Positions 1 through 13,115 of a stretch of 64,000 nucleotides of DNA are shown piece after piece (position 1 is the first letter of the stretch; the number at the start of each line of letters is the position of its first letter). The notes beneath the pieces were generated by a model. The model searched no databases and was not told where the DNA came from. It was given only the letters and a program-made list of their open reading frames with translations. The DNA comes from Carcharhinus longimanus. Lineage: Eukaryota. Both the position numbers and the translations under genes were made by a program. The stretch covers positions 7,543,711-7,607,710 of the forward strand of contig JASCQW010000119.1 in NCBI GenBank assembly GCA_030264375.1. The letters run 5' to 3'.

Positions 1-90
1 AGACATATTGATTGTGCTTATCCAATTGGGAGCGCTTGTGCTTTCATAATTGTTAATTCGCATTCCAAGTGGTTAGATGTAGTCACAGTT
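1..90 (+). mobile_element. Gypsy-type integrase fragment
   Basis: Frame 1 reads RHIDCAYPIGSACAFIIVNSHSKWLDVV, matching the HID(F/Y)AGP...LI(V)VDAHSKW(L)EV motif of Ty3/Gypsy integrase cores. Confidence 0.6.
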
Positions 91-129
91 CTTGACCTTG
101 TCCGACAGGTACAAAGTATTTGCTCCCTA

Positions 130-1875
130 TGTATTCGAGGGAAGAGGACGATGGATGGAAGAGTTAAGTGCCAACTGCAACATGGTTCAGGAGTCCACTC
201 GGGGCGGGCAAGAGGGGGGGGGGCGTAGAAAGTAGAGTGGCATTGGCAGGTGAATCCATAAATATAGGGTCAGTTAGTGTCCTTTGTAAACAGGATGAAG
301 AGTTCTACATCTCATATTGCATACCCCGTGCCAGAGCTGGTGATTTCACGAAAAGACTTGAAAATATACTGCAGTGGGAGGGCAAGGATCCTGTTATTGT
401 TGTCCACATTGGGATGCATATCATAGGCAGAAATAGGCATGAAGAGCATTTTGGGAAAATGAGGAACTCAGAGCCAAAACCACGATTGAGTCCTCAAGGT
501 ATTTAATTTTTGGATTATTATTATCCGAGTCAAGTGCGAATTGGCAAAACGAGAAAGAGATTAGGGAGGTAAAGACGCAGCTAAATGAGTGGTCTGATAA
601 AGAGGCCTTCCATTCCGTGGGGCGCTGGCATCAGTCATGTAACAGGCGAGAACTGTCACAATGAAATGGGCTCAAACTGAACACAAATGGGTCAGGGCAA
701 ATGCTGAAAGGTTAAATTGCGCTGTCACAAGGTGTTAAATTAATTAATTTGAGCAGTGCTCAGTCGAAGTTAGTTAAGTTTCACAAAAATCATAGAGTAG
801 AGAGTACGAAAGTTGGCAGGAATAAACCTTCTGGTAAATCAGACTGAGCAAAGAGGGATATTAAATACAAAACTGAAAGTGCTGTACCTAAATGCATACA
901 GTAGACAGAACAACATAAATGAGCTTGAAGCACACATTATAAATTGATTGTACGGTGGTGTGGGGATCACAGCACGCCTGTTTGAGAGTGGAAGGAGGCA
1001 GGGGGGAAATTATATGCCAGGGAGCCTTAGCCCGGTTGTGTGTAAGACCATGGACTCCATCATTATGCATTAAATTGCCCAGTACTTAGAAATGCATGGT
1101 ATAATAGGGCTGAGACAGCAAGCTTTATCAAAGGGAAGTCGTGTCTGAAAAGACTCATAGAATTATTTGAGGAGGTAACTTAGACAAAGGAGAACAGGCA
1201 GATTTTATTTATTTGGATTTACAGAAAGCCTTTGACAAGTTGCATTACAGGAAATTGCTAAACATGCTAACAGCCAATGGTGTTCATTGTAATGGACTGT
1301 CACAGATAGAAGATTGGCTGACATGCAAAAGGCAGCGAGTGAGGGTAAGGGGGGTTCATTTTCAAGATGGCAACCCGTGACTTGTGATGTTCCACGAGAT
1401 CAGTGTTAGGACCAAAAAGTTCGCTATAAATATTAATGAAATCAAATATGGAATTGAGGACACGTTTGCTAAATAGGCAGATAATACAACGATATGCAGA
1501 GGGACAGGTATTGCGGAGGAAGAAGGGAAGCTTCAGAATGACTTGGGCAGAGCGGGCGATTGGCCAAAGAATTACCAAATGGGAAAAAATGTGCTAAAGC
1601 CTGAATGTATGCACATTGATAACAAGAATAGATGCATAAAAAGTTTTCTAAACGGCGGATAGCTTCGGAAATCTGAAGCACAAAGGGACATTCGTGTCCT
1701 TGTTTAGAACTCTCTTAAGTTTAACATGCACAGTCAGTTGACAATTAGGAAGGCAAATGCAAAGCAAACATTTAATTCTGGGCTCGAATGCATCAGCAGA
1801 AATGCAGTGCTGAGACAGTATACGCTGTTGTCAGACAACAATTGGGATATTGTGACATGTTTGGGCCCTTATCAA
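130..1875 (+). mobile_element. Degraded, internally deleted CR1 LINE (ORF1 SGNH-esterase region, endonuclease start, RT)
   Basis: ORF 168-506 has CIPRARAGDFTKRLENILQWEGKDPVIVVHIG (CR1 ORF1 esterase, CLPGA..VVVHIGTND-like). LKVLYLNAYS at ~872 is the APE endonuclease start. The RT motifs SCLKRLIELFEEVT and YLDLQKAFDK lie at 1140-1240. Many stops and frameshifts. Confidence 0.8.
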
Positions 1876-1909
1876 ACGGTGGATGTGCTGGCCTTGGGGT
1901 AGAGTTGAG

Positions 1910-2775
1910 GGTATGAAAATTGGAAGGAAACCAACTTCAGGTACTTCAGACAGAGGGACAACAACGGGAAGTGAAACGGTCGCCAATGAACTGACTGTCC
2001 TGTGCAGAAATGCGCACAGTATACCGAGCAGGGTAAATGAGTTGGACGTGCACATTGCACTTTGAGTGTACGATGATCTGGTCATCACAGCACCACTGTT
2101 TAAGAAGGAAGGGATGTATACGATGGGAAATTACACGCCAATTAGCCTGACCTCGGTGGTGTGCAAGATCATGGATTCATTCTTCAGGATTAAATGCCCA
2201 ATAATTTGGGGGAAAAAAAACGACATGCTAAATTCGAGCTGAATCAGCATAGCCTCGTCAACGGGAAGTCATGTCTGAAAAATGACCTGCGTGCACAGAG
2301 CAGGTTCAGGACAATTATCCCAGGAATAAAGGGTTTGTCGTGTGAAGAGCGGTTGAGGAGTCATGTTTCTTGCTTGATGGAATTAAGAAGGATGAGGGGA
2401 AATCTAACTGAAACGCAGAAAATACTGAGAGGCAAAGCTGGAGTCTAGTGCAGACGATGTTTCCATTATTGGGTCGGAAGAAAACTGGAGTGTACAACCC
2501 CAAATTGAAAGGATGCTCCTTTAACATTGAGATGAAGGAGGTTGTCATCAGCCAGAGGGTACTGTATCTGTGGAAGTCGCTTCCTAAAATTGTTGGGGAG
2601 AAAAGCCATTTAGTATCTTTTAAACGGAAATAGATATGTTCTTGATCAACAAGGGATTCAAGGGTTATGGAAGAAGGCAGAAAAACGAGGATGCAAATCT
2701 TTTCAGCCATGATTGATTGGCGGATAAGACACGTTGGGCCGAATGCCTTAATTCTTTTCCGAAATGTATGGTCTT
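1910..2775 (+). mobile_element. Second deleted CR1 LINE with 3' end
   Basis: LTVLCRNAHSIPSRVNEL (endonuclease N-terminus), PLFKK..GNYTPISLTSVVCK (pre-RT), ELRRMRGNLTET (CR1 ORF2 C-terminus) and 3' UTR. Confidence 0.75.
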
Positions 2776-3129
2776 TTGTCTTACCCACATTCGCATGCAC
2801 TTTAAATTTGCATCGCAGTCTGCCATGTCAAACTTTTTCAAAAACGTACTGAAAAGTTAAATGAACCAAACCTAACCTTTCCTCGTGGTCATGTCTAGGG
2901 GTTCATCCTAAGGAAATTCCAAAGGATTCTTCAAACATTTTTTTCCATGCTGATTGTTTCCGCAAATATGACTATTTTCCACCTACTGGTTATGAAACCT
3001 TGATCATGGACTGGAGCAAGCTCCTGAATGTGAGGTTAGGTTCATTGGTCTGAAGTTGTCTGTTTTCTCTCCATGTCAGTTTATTGCGAGCTTTCATTCA
3101 TCACCTCCCATTCTTCAGATCAACTGCGG

Positions 3130-3470
3130 ACTCTGACGAATTTTGGGACGTGAACAGCAAATCAATACATGTTTTTTTTTAACGTAACTTCATTACGTAC
3201 TCGAGAATGAAGATGATCAAACCCCGGGGATTTATCCACCTTCAATGCCATAAATTTTGTGAAAAGACATTCCGTGATTAACAGCGATTTTCTAATTTCT
3301 GCACTGAAGCAAGCTTCTCTGAGTACTTCTGAGAAATTACTCATGTCCTCCTTTGTGCAGGCAAAATTAAAATGCAAATTTTGTTCCCCAACTATGGTTT
3401 GTTCCCTATTAGTAATTCTCTCGTTTCTGACGTTCAATTTTGTCTTATTTTTTCCATCTAACCTGTAATA
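3130..3470 (-). mobile_element. CR1 ORF2 fragment
   Basis: ORF 3162-3437 contains LKVDKSPGFDHLHSRV (CR1 KSPGPDG.HPRVL motif). Confidence 0.7.
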
Positions 3471-4081
3471 GGGAATACATTTCCAGACAGATATGAACGG
3501 ATTTGGTGAACAGATTTACCGTCAGACAACGATATCAGTATGGATGAGGGGGTTGAAAACTGAAGGATACACTGTGTGCATTCAAGATGTTAATTTTAAT
3601 TAGGAAACTTCGTTTATTAACCATTACTGTGTACAGATCAATATGTGCAATATTAAATTGTATTTATTTTAGAGTGACAACGAACTCTAGTACCAGTTGT
3701 TCACATATTGTAATAGTAATGATCGCGCTTAAAATATCAAACTAATGTATGCTTAGCAAGGAAATGTGAACCAATTGGCAAATGCATATTTATATATTTG
3801 CTACTTGCAGAATATAGTATCGAAAAAAAAAGATGGCACAATTAGAACGTATTGAAAGCAAAGACGCGCTGCGATAATATTGGCTAATTCCCTGATCCGG
3901 AGTGGAAAACAAAAATGATATCATTTTCGGTAATGCCAGATTGGCTGTATCAGCTAACCAATACGCTGACTGTTCTGGAGGTTGTATGAACACATTTCAA
4001 AGATAATCAGATTTTGGAATGAAATAGGATTGAAGTGGCGACCTCTTCTGTCCCAGTTGAAGCGGAAGCAGTCTTCACATC

Positions 4082-4726
4082 TGTTAGCGCGAGTGGGCGA
4101 AACGACCACGATGGACTCAGGGTGAAGTTCAATAACGGCACAGCTTTATTTTCTTTTACGTCGATGGAGAAGCGCAGTCAGGACATACATTCGGACTGTC
4201 CCGAAAGCGTTCTAATGATCCCTTGCAGCGGGTTATACCGGAACTTCGGTGTAGTCTGCGATTCAAATGCTAATACCTTGTTTACAGTATTCGACCTGAG
4301 CCATCCTGTCTCGATGTTTTCAAGTGTTGGGGAAATTGTTTTAAGTGTGTTTTAATCGTTTTGACTGATTGGTTGTTAATAGTCTAGAATCTCTGGGGTT
4401 TGAACCATTGGTGTGTCATTGATTTCAAAAGTGGTTTGAAGGGCCAGGGACGTTTCCTTAGCTTTGTTAATTTTAGTATCTCCATGGGTTGTTGACTGTT
4501 TTAGAAGTGATGTTTTTGATGGGGTGAGGATGTGTTTTTTTTTAATTTAGTTCTTGAAGGTGTCATCTTGTCCAGTTTCCCTTGTGCGCGAGCCCTCATT
4601 TGCATTCTAAAAGCATGCTCGTTTGTGTCTGTGACTTTGTGATTTTAAGTGGAGAGGTTCTGAGTGTAACTTTAGTCTACTTCCATATTGCATGCCCAAT
4701 TTCATAAAATGTGTTGTCCGATAACA
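4082..4726 (-). mobile_element. Solo LTR (645 bp) with 4-bp target-site duplication
   Basis: Termini TGTTA(4082)...TAACA(4726); CATC directly flanks both sides (4078-4081, 4727-4730); AATAAA on the minus strand at 4145-4150, ~65 nt from the 3' end. Confidence 0.8.
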
Positions 4727-4739
4727 CATCCAAAGACAA

Positions 4740-5330
4740 AAAGGGAGGTAAAAGGCCCATGTCAGCCATGTTGTTCATATAGTATACTCCAGCGGTAAAT
4801 AGGATCACGGTAGGTCTAATGTGATAATCCATTTATCCTTTGAGTCTCTTGTTGACTAATATGTTGTCTGTCTCAGCCATGACCACAATGAACGAATACA
4901 CTCCGAACTTTTCTGTGGTAACAAACTCTGCTGATTAATTTCCATGTGATAGTAGAAGTTTCACCTCAAGATTGCCTGAATCAGGTGAACTCTTCCTGAA
5001 AAATAAAGCCCTCAAGATATACAATCTCCTAACAAGGAAACGACACCTCACTATCAAACATACCAATTCCATGATAATTCTACAAGTCTCAGTGAAGTCG
5101 CGGATCTATCTTCCATACTCCAAAGATTACAATTAAACCTAATCAATCGTTGAGCATTAGATAATGTCACCATGTTTAGGATCACCAAGCGAAGCTTCTC
5201 TGAACTGTCTCCGATATCTGGAAATGTTTCATTACATAAGGGGAGCAAAATTGGTTTACAAATGCTATCTAACTTGTTCACAGCCTCGTTTTAGAAATGC
5301 TGTCTTGTATTTGTATTCGCTTCCTTTTGA
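4740..5330 (-). mobile_element. Highly eroded CR1 3' fragment
   Basis: Residual similarity to the intact CR1 3' ends at 18972-19520 and 32800-33044. Confidence 0.5.
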
Positions 5331-6059
5331 TATGACAGACAACTTTCAATTTGCCTTCCCTGTTGTCTGTGGAAAATGAAGGCTGTTTTGTGTCTTTTTT
5401 CTGACCATTGCACGATAATTTCCACATCCATCCGTGTTGTTACATCCGCTGGTCTAACTCCATACACACAATGTTTACTTACATCATTGACATGACAACA
5501 GAGAATGTGTTGGCTCGTGAACTTGGGTTCACATGTCCGAAGACGGATGGAAGGAAGAATACATTTTGTCTGTGCTTTGTTCCGAGACACACACCATGTT
5601 GAGCCGCAGTGCTGCATTCAGACAGATGTGATGGTTGATTTTCTATATGCTGGGTAACCATGTGTCATTATGGTGGAAGATTTTCAAGTATTTCTTTAAA
5701 AAAAAACAATTAGTAAGTCGGAAGTATCACAGATAGTACCTGAGCTACTGACACGTTCAATATTTGGAATTATCCCCAGCTGTGTCAAACAGCGTTAACG
5801 AATTTATCATTTATCAAATACCACATAGAAAGAGAGAAAATGTAATCTAAATGAGTCATACAATGTACAATTGTTGCTTGCATTGCCTTAACTTCCATTT
5901 CAATGAATTGAAGATGCAATCCTATACCACCGAATGGATAACACATTTTCACAATGCCGTAAAAGCCGTATAATCCCGACAATGCACTGTAAAATCGTAC
6001 CCAGTCCCACGTCGGTACTATCTCCATCAGCAAGCTCATTTAACATTGTTTAAACATTT

Positions 6060-6270
6060 ATCTTACATATCGTAGGCCCAAATGGGCAATTAATCATGAC
6101 CAATCCGCATAACATTTACATCATTGAGCTGTGGGAGAAAACTGAATGTCACTGAGGAATTTTACGCAGACAGGGCTCGAAGGTGCAAACCCCAACAGTC
6201 AGCTGGAGATGAACTGGTGGTCCTGCCGCTCTGAGACAACAATGACACCATTTGTGTCACTATGCCTCCC
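6060..6270 (-). mobile_element. Eroded tRNA-derived SINE (HE1/V-SINE-like)
   Basis: gggcaatt..atgaccaatcc...ctgtgggagaaaact core shared with SINE copies at 8900-9312 and 18057-18406. Confidence 0.65.
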
Positions 6271-6435
6271 ATCATTTACTTTTTAAAATGTGTTCTTCAC
6301 TTATCCACATAGAATTGCCCAAACTCACACGAATTGTATATTGGACATTTGAATGGCTGCTTTGGACTCACTTTTTTTTTCAGGACGAAGTGAAATTTAT
6401 GCAAACTATTCACAATATTTTCCTATGTCCCATAG

Positions 6436-6456
6436 CTGTTACCAAGTGCAAGGAAG
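6436..6456 (+). CDS. 21-nt heptad micro-exon A1, (A)VTKCKE
   Basis: cctatgtcccatAG|CTGTTACCAAGTGCAAGGAAG|GTaaga; flanks resemble those of the exons at 38911, 41800 and 44317. Confidence 0.7.
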
Positions 6457-8613
6457 GTAAGAGAGCAGCAGATTGCTCCAATCTGACAATGGAGTTGCAG
6501 ACGCATAACTATGATGGACAGATTTTGCTGCAATGCACTCAAGCAACCTGAGGACACAGATGAAGGAATGGAGAATAATATTAGAAATGTTAGATGAAGA
6601 CATTGCGACAGTGTTGTGCAGCAGGATGTGCAATCATGCATGCACTGCACATAGATGCTTAGACAGCGAAACAACATTATTTGGAAGAGAGATGCGAACG
6701 AACACTCACTAATTGAGCCTCTTAAATATTTATGTAGTGAAACGTTATGGAAGATAATGGGTAGATATTTTCAAGGATCGAGCACTTCATAATTATAATC
6801 GATTAATTTAATAATAGGCGAAAATCGTTCGTGAACAGAGAAAGTTTTTTGAAACAATTTTTTCAAACCTTTGCGCACCTAATGTTTAAGAAATAATCGG
6901 ACCATTTTCATTTTCAAAATCAAAATCAATTAATGGTTCTATTAGTCGATGGTGAATTTATGGATCTTTTCTAAAAAAAAATCATATGCGACTGAATACA
7001 ATGCATTGGCTTAGGTGCGGGATATCAAAATGCCAGTCATGTGGCTTCAGCCGCTGTTATTGGATGGACAGTTCTCTTACGCAGGGCCATTACATGATTT
7101 GGGTAAAAATAACCCTCTAGTGAGAAGGAGAGGGACACTTATTTTGAACAAAAACACCAACGCAAAGATCCGAAAAAAAAAAATGATTATAAGATCTGCG
7201 AGACAGCATATAAATCATACCATTTAATTTGACTCTTAAGAATAAGGAATTATAAATGCAAAATGCATATTGAATCCATTCTGACCATCAATTTGTCTCC
7301 ATAATTTAAGCAAATCCTTGTTGATCTGATAATAATCTCAGATGTTTATGTTGCCTCCTTGGCAAACCGAGCACCCACTTCCTGATATAAAAAAAACAAA
7401 ACCGAGATATTCATCGTTATTTGCTTCCACGGCACTTTCAGGGAGACTGTTACAACGTTCTGCAAACAATGGAGAATTAAATATTATGCTGAATGCATTT
7501 TACTTGGATGATAGGTGTTTTCAATCTTTAACTTCTACTTCCAGGTTCTGCCCCAAAGGGAATCAATCCATGAATCCAATATGTGAATACCCCTAAGGGT
7601 ATTCAATCATTTGCACATTTTTTTTTTCGGGAAAAAAAAGCACGAATGATGCGTTACCATTTGATTCACTGATTCCTCTTTAAATTTTTAAACTTCCGGA
7701 CAATGGTCTCTGTCATTCATACATGGAATCGAAGGGAGATGCATAATTAAACTGTTCTAAATTTAACTCCACAGATGTTTCGAAGAGAGAATCCGGTCAG
7801 TGCATTTCCTCATTCGTCACTTCCAAGTGATTACGGTCACCTTTTTTTTGATATTTGAAAACATGCTGTGCATGGCTGCTCTTTAGACGCCTGCAGATTG
7901 GGAAGGATTGTAGAACAGTGTGATGACGCTTAGGTGTTCTGGCCATGTGAATTTGCCACATCGTGTCAGAGTGGATTCGCAGGGAAAATGCGTAACTTTG
8001 TGGGAATGGGACGGAGATTGGATCGTTATTGGTGCAGATAAAATGGGTCAAAAGGACTCCTCATGAATTGTAGGGGTTATAGTATCTTGGGGCGAATGCA
8101 CATCTTACCGGAAAACTTCCTTTAAAAAAATGCTGTCGACGTACAATGCTGTTTGTGTTTATTTTTTGCATGTGTGGAATGTCATTGTTCACTACCATTA
8201 GCCTTGTTTTTTGTTTCTAATTCGTCATAACATTTGCATAAACCTTCCAGGCTGCCGTCCGGATTTGAGTAAATGGTCTGTGCAAAATGTTATCCAAAAA
8301 AAAAACAGATTTCTTGAATGTTGATTGATTCATCTCCTTGACTTTAAAGCAACGTTTATGTTTCCCAATTTCCAATGTTCATCTCTGTAGCAACTCACTT
8401 TCAAATAAAGCAAATATTGGCAATTCACTTACTTGGGTACATCGACGGTTACCTTCAAACTGCGTCTTTGGCAGAAACATTGAATGAAGCGCTGGCATCT
8501 GATCCCACCATCCCGTGTTCAAATGTTTGAGTTACCGGTCAATAGTTTCTCTTATTTGTACCTGAAATCGAAATAAGATGCACCGTTTGATTATTCCTAT
8601 GTTAACTCGACAG

Positions 8614-8634
8614 AACTTGACTCTACAAAGAAAA
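8614..8634 (+). CDS. 21-nt heptad micro-exon A2, (E)LDSTKK
   Basis: ctcgacAG|AACTTGACTCTACAAAGAAAA|GTaagt. Confidence 0.75.
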
Positions 8635-8899
8635 GTAAGTGTATTGTTCCATTCGTCATTTCCTGATGATGAAAAGCTATTACTTTATAATGGCCGTTAG
8701 CACATTTTTGAGTGTTGCTGCTTAAAGTTTGTGACTAAACGGTGACATCATTCAGGCTGCACAATGTTTCTTTGTACGATTTACATTCTGTGCAATTGTA
8801 AAAAAAGCTTCCCAATGTTTATATCCCATTGAGTGTACAGCCACGTAAAATGCAATTCCAAGTAAATTGATCTAGCCGGGATCTAATCGTTTTGGTTAC

Positions 8900-9312
8900 A
8901 GATCATTTAACACTACAGTGCAGAAAGAGGCCCTTCGGCCCATCGAGTCTGTACTGAACACAATCCCACCCAGGCCCTACCTCTATAACCCTACATAATA
9001 TACCCACTAATCCACTCTAACCGATGCATCCCTGGACACTAAGGAACAATTTCTTAGCATGGTCAATCAACCTAACCCGCACATCTCCAGACTGTGGGAG
9101 GAAAACGGAGTACCCGGAGGAAACCACGTAGACACGAGGAGAATGCTCAAACTCCTCACAGACACTGACCCAAGCCGGGAATCGATCCGAGGAACCTGGA
9201 GCTGTGAAGCAGCAGTGATAACCACTATGATACCGTGCCGCCGACTACTGCGCTACCGTGCCGCCCACCACTGTGCTACCGAGCCGCCCACCACTGTGCT
9301 GCCGTACCGCCC
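8900..9312 (-). mobile_element. HE1-like tRNA SINE with CR1-derived tail and four-fold repeated 5' A-box segment
   Basis: gaggcccttcggcccatcgagtctg tail, ctgtgggaggaaa..cccggaggaaaccac core, B-box-like gggaatcgatcc; 23-bp unit x4 at 9221-9312. Confidence 0.85.
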
Positions 9313-10170
9313 GGCAGAGTATGGGTACCTGGACACGGAATTACTTATGCATTTGAAAGCTCTCCGGTATTTATCAATAAAACGAATATTCTCTTGTGAA
9401 TTAATTTTACCAAAAGAGATCAATTCACTTAAAAATATAAAATGCATCTGTCATATTTTCCTTTAAATAACGCAAACACTCCAACGGACTTCTCGTGCTC
9501 TCCGCAGAACATTAATTCGCACATAATTTTGTCTCAGCAGAATATACATTTTAAAATGCAATCGATAGGTTATAAGGGTGGCAAAGGTAGATGCAATATG
9601 ACGTGGTCGAAAAGGACGTTGTACTGAATAACTAAAGGTTGACTAGTATTGCAAATTCGGAGATTATTGAATAAGATCTTTCAGATAATGTTTTCGAATG
9701 CTGTTTTGATTGAGGTTTTTCATGTTTGGACGATAATGGTGGTCGAATATTTTCTGCATCGGCTCTTATATTCTAAGTATTTTAGCAAAACACTTTCAAA
9801 ATGCCCTCCCGATTTCAGAGAACGCTCGCAGTCCAATGCTTTCCAAAAAAAAACACGACAGATTGGTGTATTGCTTACTCAATCACCTGTTTGAAATTAA
9901 CACAGCGTTTTTGTGTTTTTCATGGTCACAGTCGTCGAACCTGTAACTTCTAAAATTCATATCAAACTGTCGGTAATTCAATTACCTGAATAGTTTGATG
10001 GGTGTCTGCAAATTTATTTATATTTTTCCTGAAACATTGAATGAAAAGCTGGCACCTGATTGCCCGATGCCTCCTCAAAAAGTTTGAATTTCCAGTCACT
10101 CAACTTTCTTGTTTTTGCATGAAATCGAAATGATTTATGATATTTAATTATTGCAATTTTATCCACACAG

Positions 10171-10191
10171 GTCTTACAAATACACAAAACG
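10171..10191 (+). CDS. 21-nt heptad micro-exon A3, (S/G)LTNTQN
   Basis: atccacacAG|GTCTTACAAATACACAAAACG|GTcagt. Confidence 0.7.
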
Positions 10192-11587
10192 GTCAGTGTA
10201 TTGCTCCATTCGCAATTTCCTCTTGATTACGGGCGAGATTTTGTGATGGTGAATAACATCTTTTGAATCGCTGCCGCTTATTGACCGTGACAAACCTGTG
10301 ACATTATCCCGCCTGCTCAACTTTTTCTTTTAAAAGAATGGACTATCTGTGCAACTCAAAGAAATGCTTTCCAAGTTGTATATCCCAACCCGCTTGCAAT
10401 CAAATTAAAAAAAAAAATGATTTCCCGGCACATTGATTTACTTCTGTATTAATATGTTTGGGTATAAATACCTAGTTACCCGGATTCTTATGAACCACAG
10501 CGCTCTGCATATTTCTCAATTCAAATAATATTTTGTTTGTTAATTCGTTACACCAAAAGCGGCGAAAATCAGATTTTCCCGCATCTTAACCACCTCATTT
10601 GTTTGCCAGCACGTTGACATATATAATTCGACTTGTGTTCTCGTCGGAACAATATTTTGCATCTAATTTTTTCTCAGCAAAAAAAATCTTCAAAAGACCC
10701 GTTTTAAGTTTCGGAATGGTAGATACAATATTATGTGTTTGAGAAGTATTTTGTATTGAATAACTGTGTTGACGAGTATTGTAGAGCAATGCGATTCAGA
10801 ACAAGTGCAGAGCTTATTGGATAACATATTTCAAACGATGTTGTCGGCATGTAGTGTTGATTGAGTTTTTTCTCGTATTTTTTGGACTGCAATGTTTGTC
10901 GATTCTCTTCACTATCCAGAATGATATAATCATAAACTCATAAGCACACTGACAAGTTACCGTCCCGAATTCGCCAAACACCGGCAGCCCAGTTCTTTTC
11001 AAAAATGTCAGAAAAGCAAAGAAGCATGCAATATTACTTCGTTGATGATAATTTGGATACTGCAACTTAAAATTAACAAGTATTTTAGAACAAAAACACA
11101 GAACGAACACAGAGCTTGTTGAACACCATCAAAAAACTGTGTCGACGTACAATGCTGAGCGATACATTTCGATTTCAGTGATTCATCTTACAATTCGATG
11201 TTGAACTTATCATGCATTTAACAAAATTCTTGCACTCGAATTCAGCAAACGTCCACTGCACATTGCATTCCAAAATGACAGCTCTCATTGATGTTTTCTG
11301 ATTGTGCTCCTTGATTTTAATTAACTTGCTCTGTATTTTTTTTTCTTCTTGATCTCAATGAGGGAATCTGCACAGTCTGAATTTTACATCAAAATTCGCA
11401 AATACAGTTGCGTAGACATTTGAGTGGTTATGCCGAAATTGCAGTTATTTTTCTGGAAACATTTCATGAAACGTTGCCCGATTTCTCGTCAAAATTGTTT
11501 TGATTCACCGACAGTCTTATTATTGGTACATTAAATCGCAGTGAGATTAAAAAAAAACTTTAGCGATTTCACTTGTAATCCCACAAG

Positions 11588-11609
11588 ACTTCACGATAAA
11601 AAAAACAAC
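11588..11609 (+). pseudogene. Decayed micro-exon at the equivalent position of unit 3
   Basis: cccacaAG|ACTTCACGATAAAAAAAACAAC|GTaacg: positional homolog, but 22 nt with a weak acceptor. Confidence 0.5.
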
Positions 11610-12705
11610 GTAACGTGTATTCACGTACAACCATTTGCATTTGATTTTGGCTTTTTTTTTGTGAATGACGGCTGCTGAAAGGTCGGACTAAACCTATTAT
11701 GTTAGGTAGCTTGACAAAGGTCATGCTGTCAGACTGTACAGCCTGTGCAACCGAAATAAAGAAAACAACATTTCCCAAATGTATATCCCATTTTGCTTGC
11801 AATTAAATAAATTACACCCTTTGAATTCCTGCAACTTGATCTTCAACAGGACCAACATCTTTGGAATTATGTAGTTGGGCACTGAGGCAAATATGAACCT
11901 CCGTCCTCTGCAGTATTTCTCAATTGAAATAATACTTTGTTTGTTAATTCGTTTCAATTGAGGGGGATACATTATCATTTGCCCACATTATATTAAATCT
12001 GTCATGTGTCTGCCGTTAACTTGTCACAATAATTGAAATTGTTTCTTGTCTTCCTGTCAGAAAATTAATTTGCACGTAATTTTCCTTCGACAAAAAAAGG
12101 CCAAATTGCAACTGATATTCTGTGAGCGCGTGAAACATCAATTCTATATTAATTGGTCGAGAGGTACTTTGAATACGATAACTTCAGATTGACAAAAGTC
12201 GCAATAGATTCAGATCAGTAATGAATGCAGAGCTAACTGATACCTCCCTTTCACAGGACGGTAAATGTATGCAGTGCAGACTGCGTGTTTGGACTGCAAT
12301 CATTGTCGACTGCCTTCAGTTTTGCTATCAGAATTATGATAAATTGAGTCATACCCTTCCAAGATTCCCATCGGTTTCAGGAAAAGCCCGCTTATAAAAA
12401 TATTGCACGATGACAAATTGTTATATTCTTTACATATTCACTACCGTATATTTAACGCACCATTTGTTTTCGTCATGCTGCCGCTGTTGTATCTGTAAGA
12501 GCTGAAGCATCGCTAAAAAAAAACTTACTTTAGCGTTTGATTGTCTTCAAATGCTGATTTTGGCAGAAACGCTGATGGGAGCGCTGGCATCTGATTGCCA
12601 GATTCATAGTCCAATTGTTTGAATTGACGGTCACTCTTCTCTCTTATTTATGCATGAAATCGAAGTTTGATGCAAAGTTTAACATATGCAATTTGAACCT
12701 CACAG

Positions 12706-12726
12706 AACTTAAGAAAACACAAAACG
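12706..12726 (+). CDS. 21-nt heptad micro-exon A4, (E)LKKTQN
   Basis: aacctcacAG|AACTTAAGAAAACACAAAACG|GTaggt. Confidence 0.75.
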
Positions 12727-13115
12727 GTAGGTGAATTGTACTATTCGTCATTTCACGTGATTATGAACTTTTTTTGTGATAGTGAAAAACATGTTTTAAG
12801 TGGAAGTTGCTTAAAGATCGCAACAAATCTATCGCTGGTAGGTAGCATATAGCCAATGAATAACAACACTTTGTTTGAAGTGGAAAAAAAACTCAAATAT
12901 TTATACAGTTGCGCACTTGAAACTTAATGTTGGTCTATTCCTTGGATTGCACAAGATGAATAGACATGCGGAAAAACGTAATTATGTGACCGAAACATGA
13001 GTAGAACAGATAAGAGCAGAAATGGGAAAGAGGGCGGCTTTATGGACGAATTTTATGATGAAACAATCGTTATGCATATAATCAGTACGGAACGCATGCA
13101 TTTCATTTTCATCAG

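Larger units (their letters stand above)
8400..12830 (+). repeat. Diverged tandem array of ~4 units (about 1.1-1.5 kb), each carrying one micro-exon
   Basis: Recurrent gaaacattgaatgaa..gctggca.ctgat / tgaaatcgaa blocks at ~8470, 10030, 11455 and 12565, each followed ~130-140 nt later by a micro-exon. Confidence 0.8.

Noticed and set aside
3811-4005. GNARLAVSANQYAD resembling an Ig V-set strand
   Set aside because: Stops upstream, no YxC motif and wrong Trp spacing
8251-8268. 18-nt AG/GT segment (G)CRPDL
   Set aside because: Not 21 nt, weaker donor (GTAAAT), no paralogous copies; cannot be excluded but is unsupported
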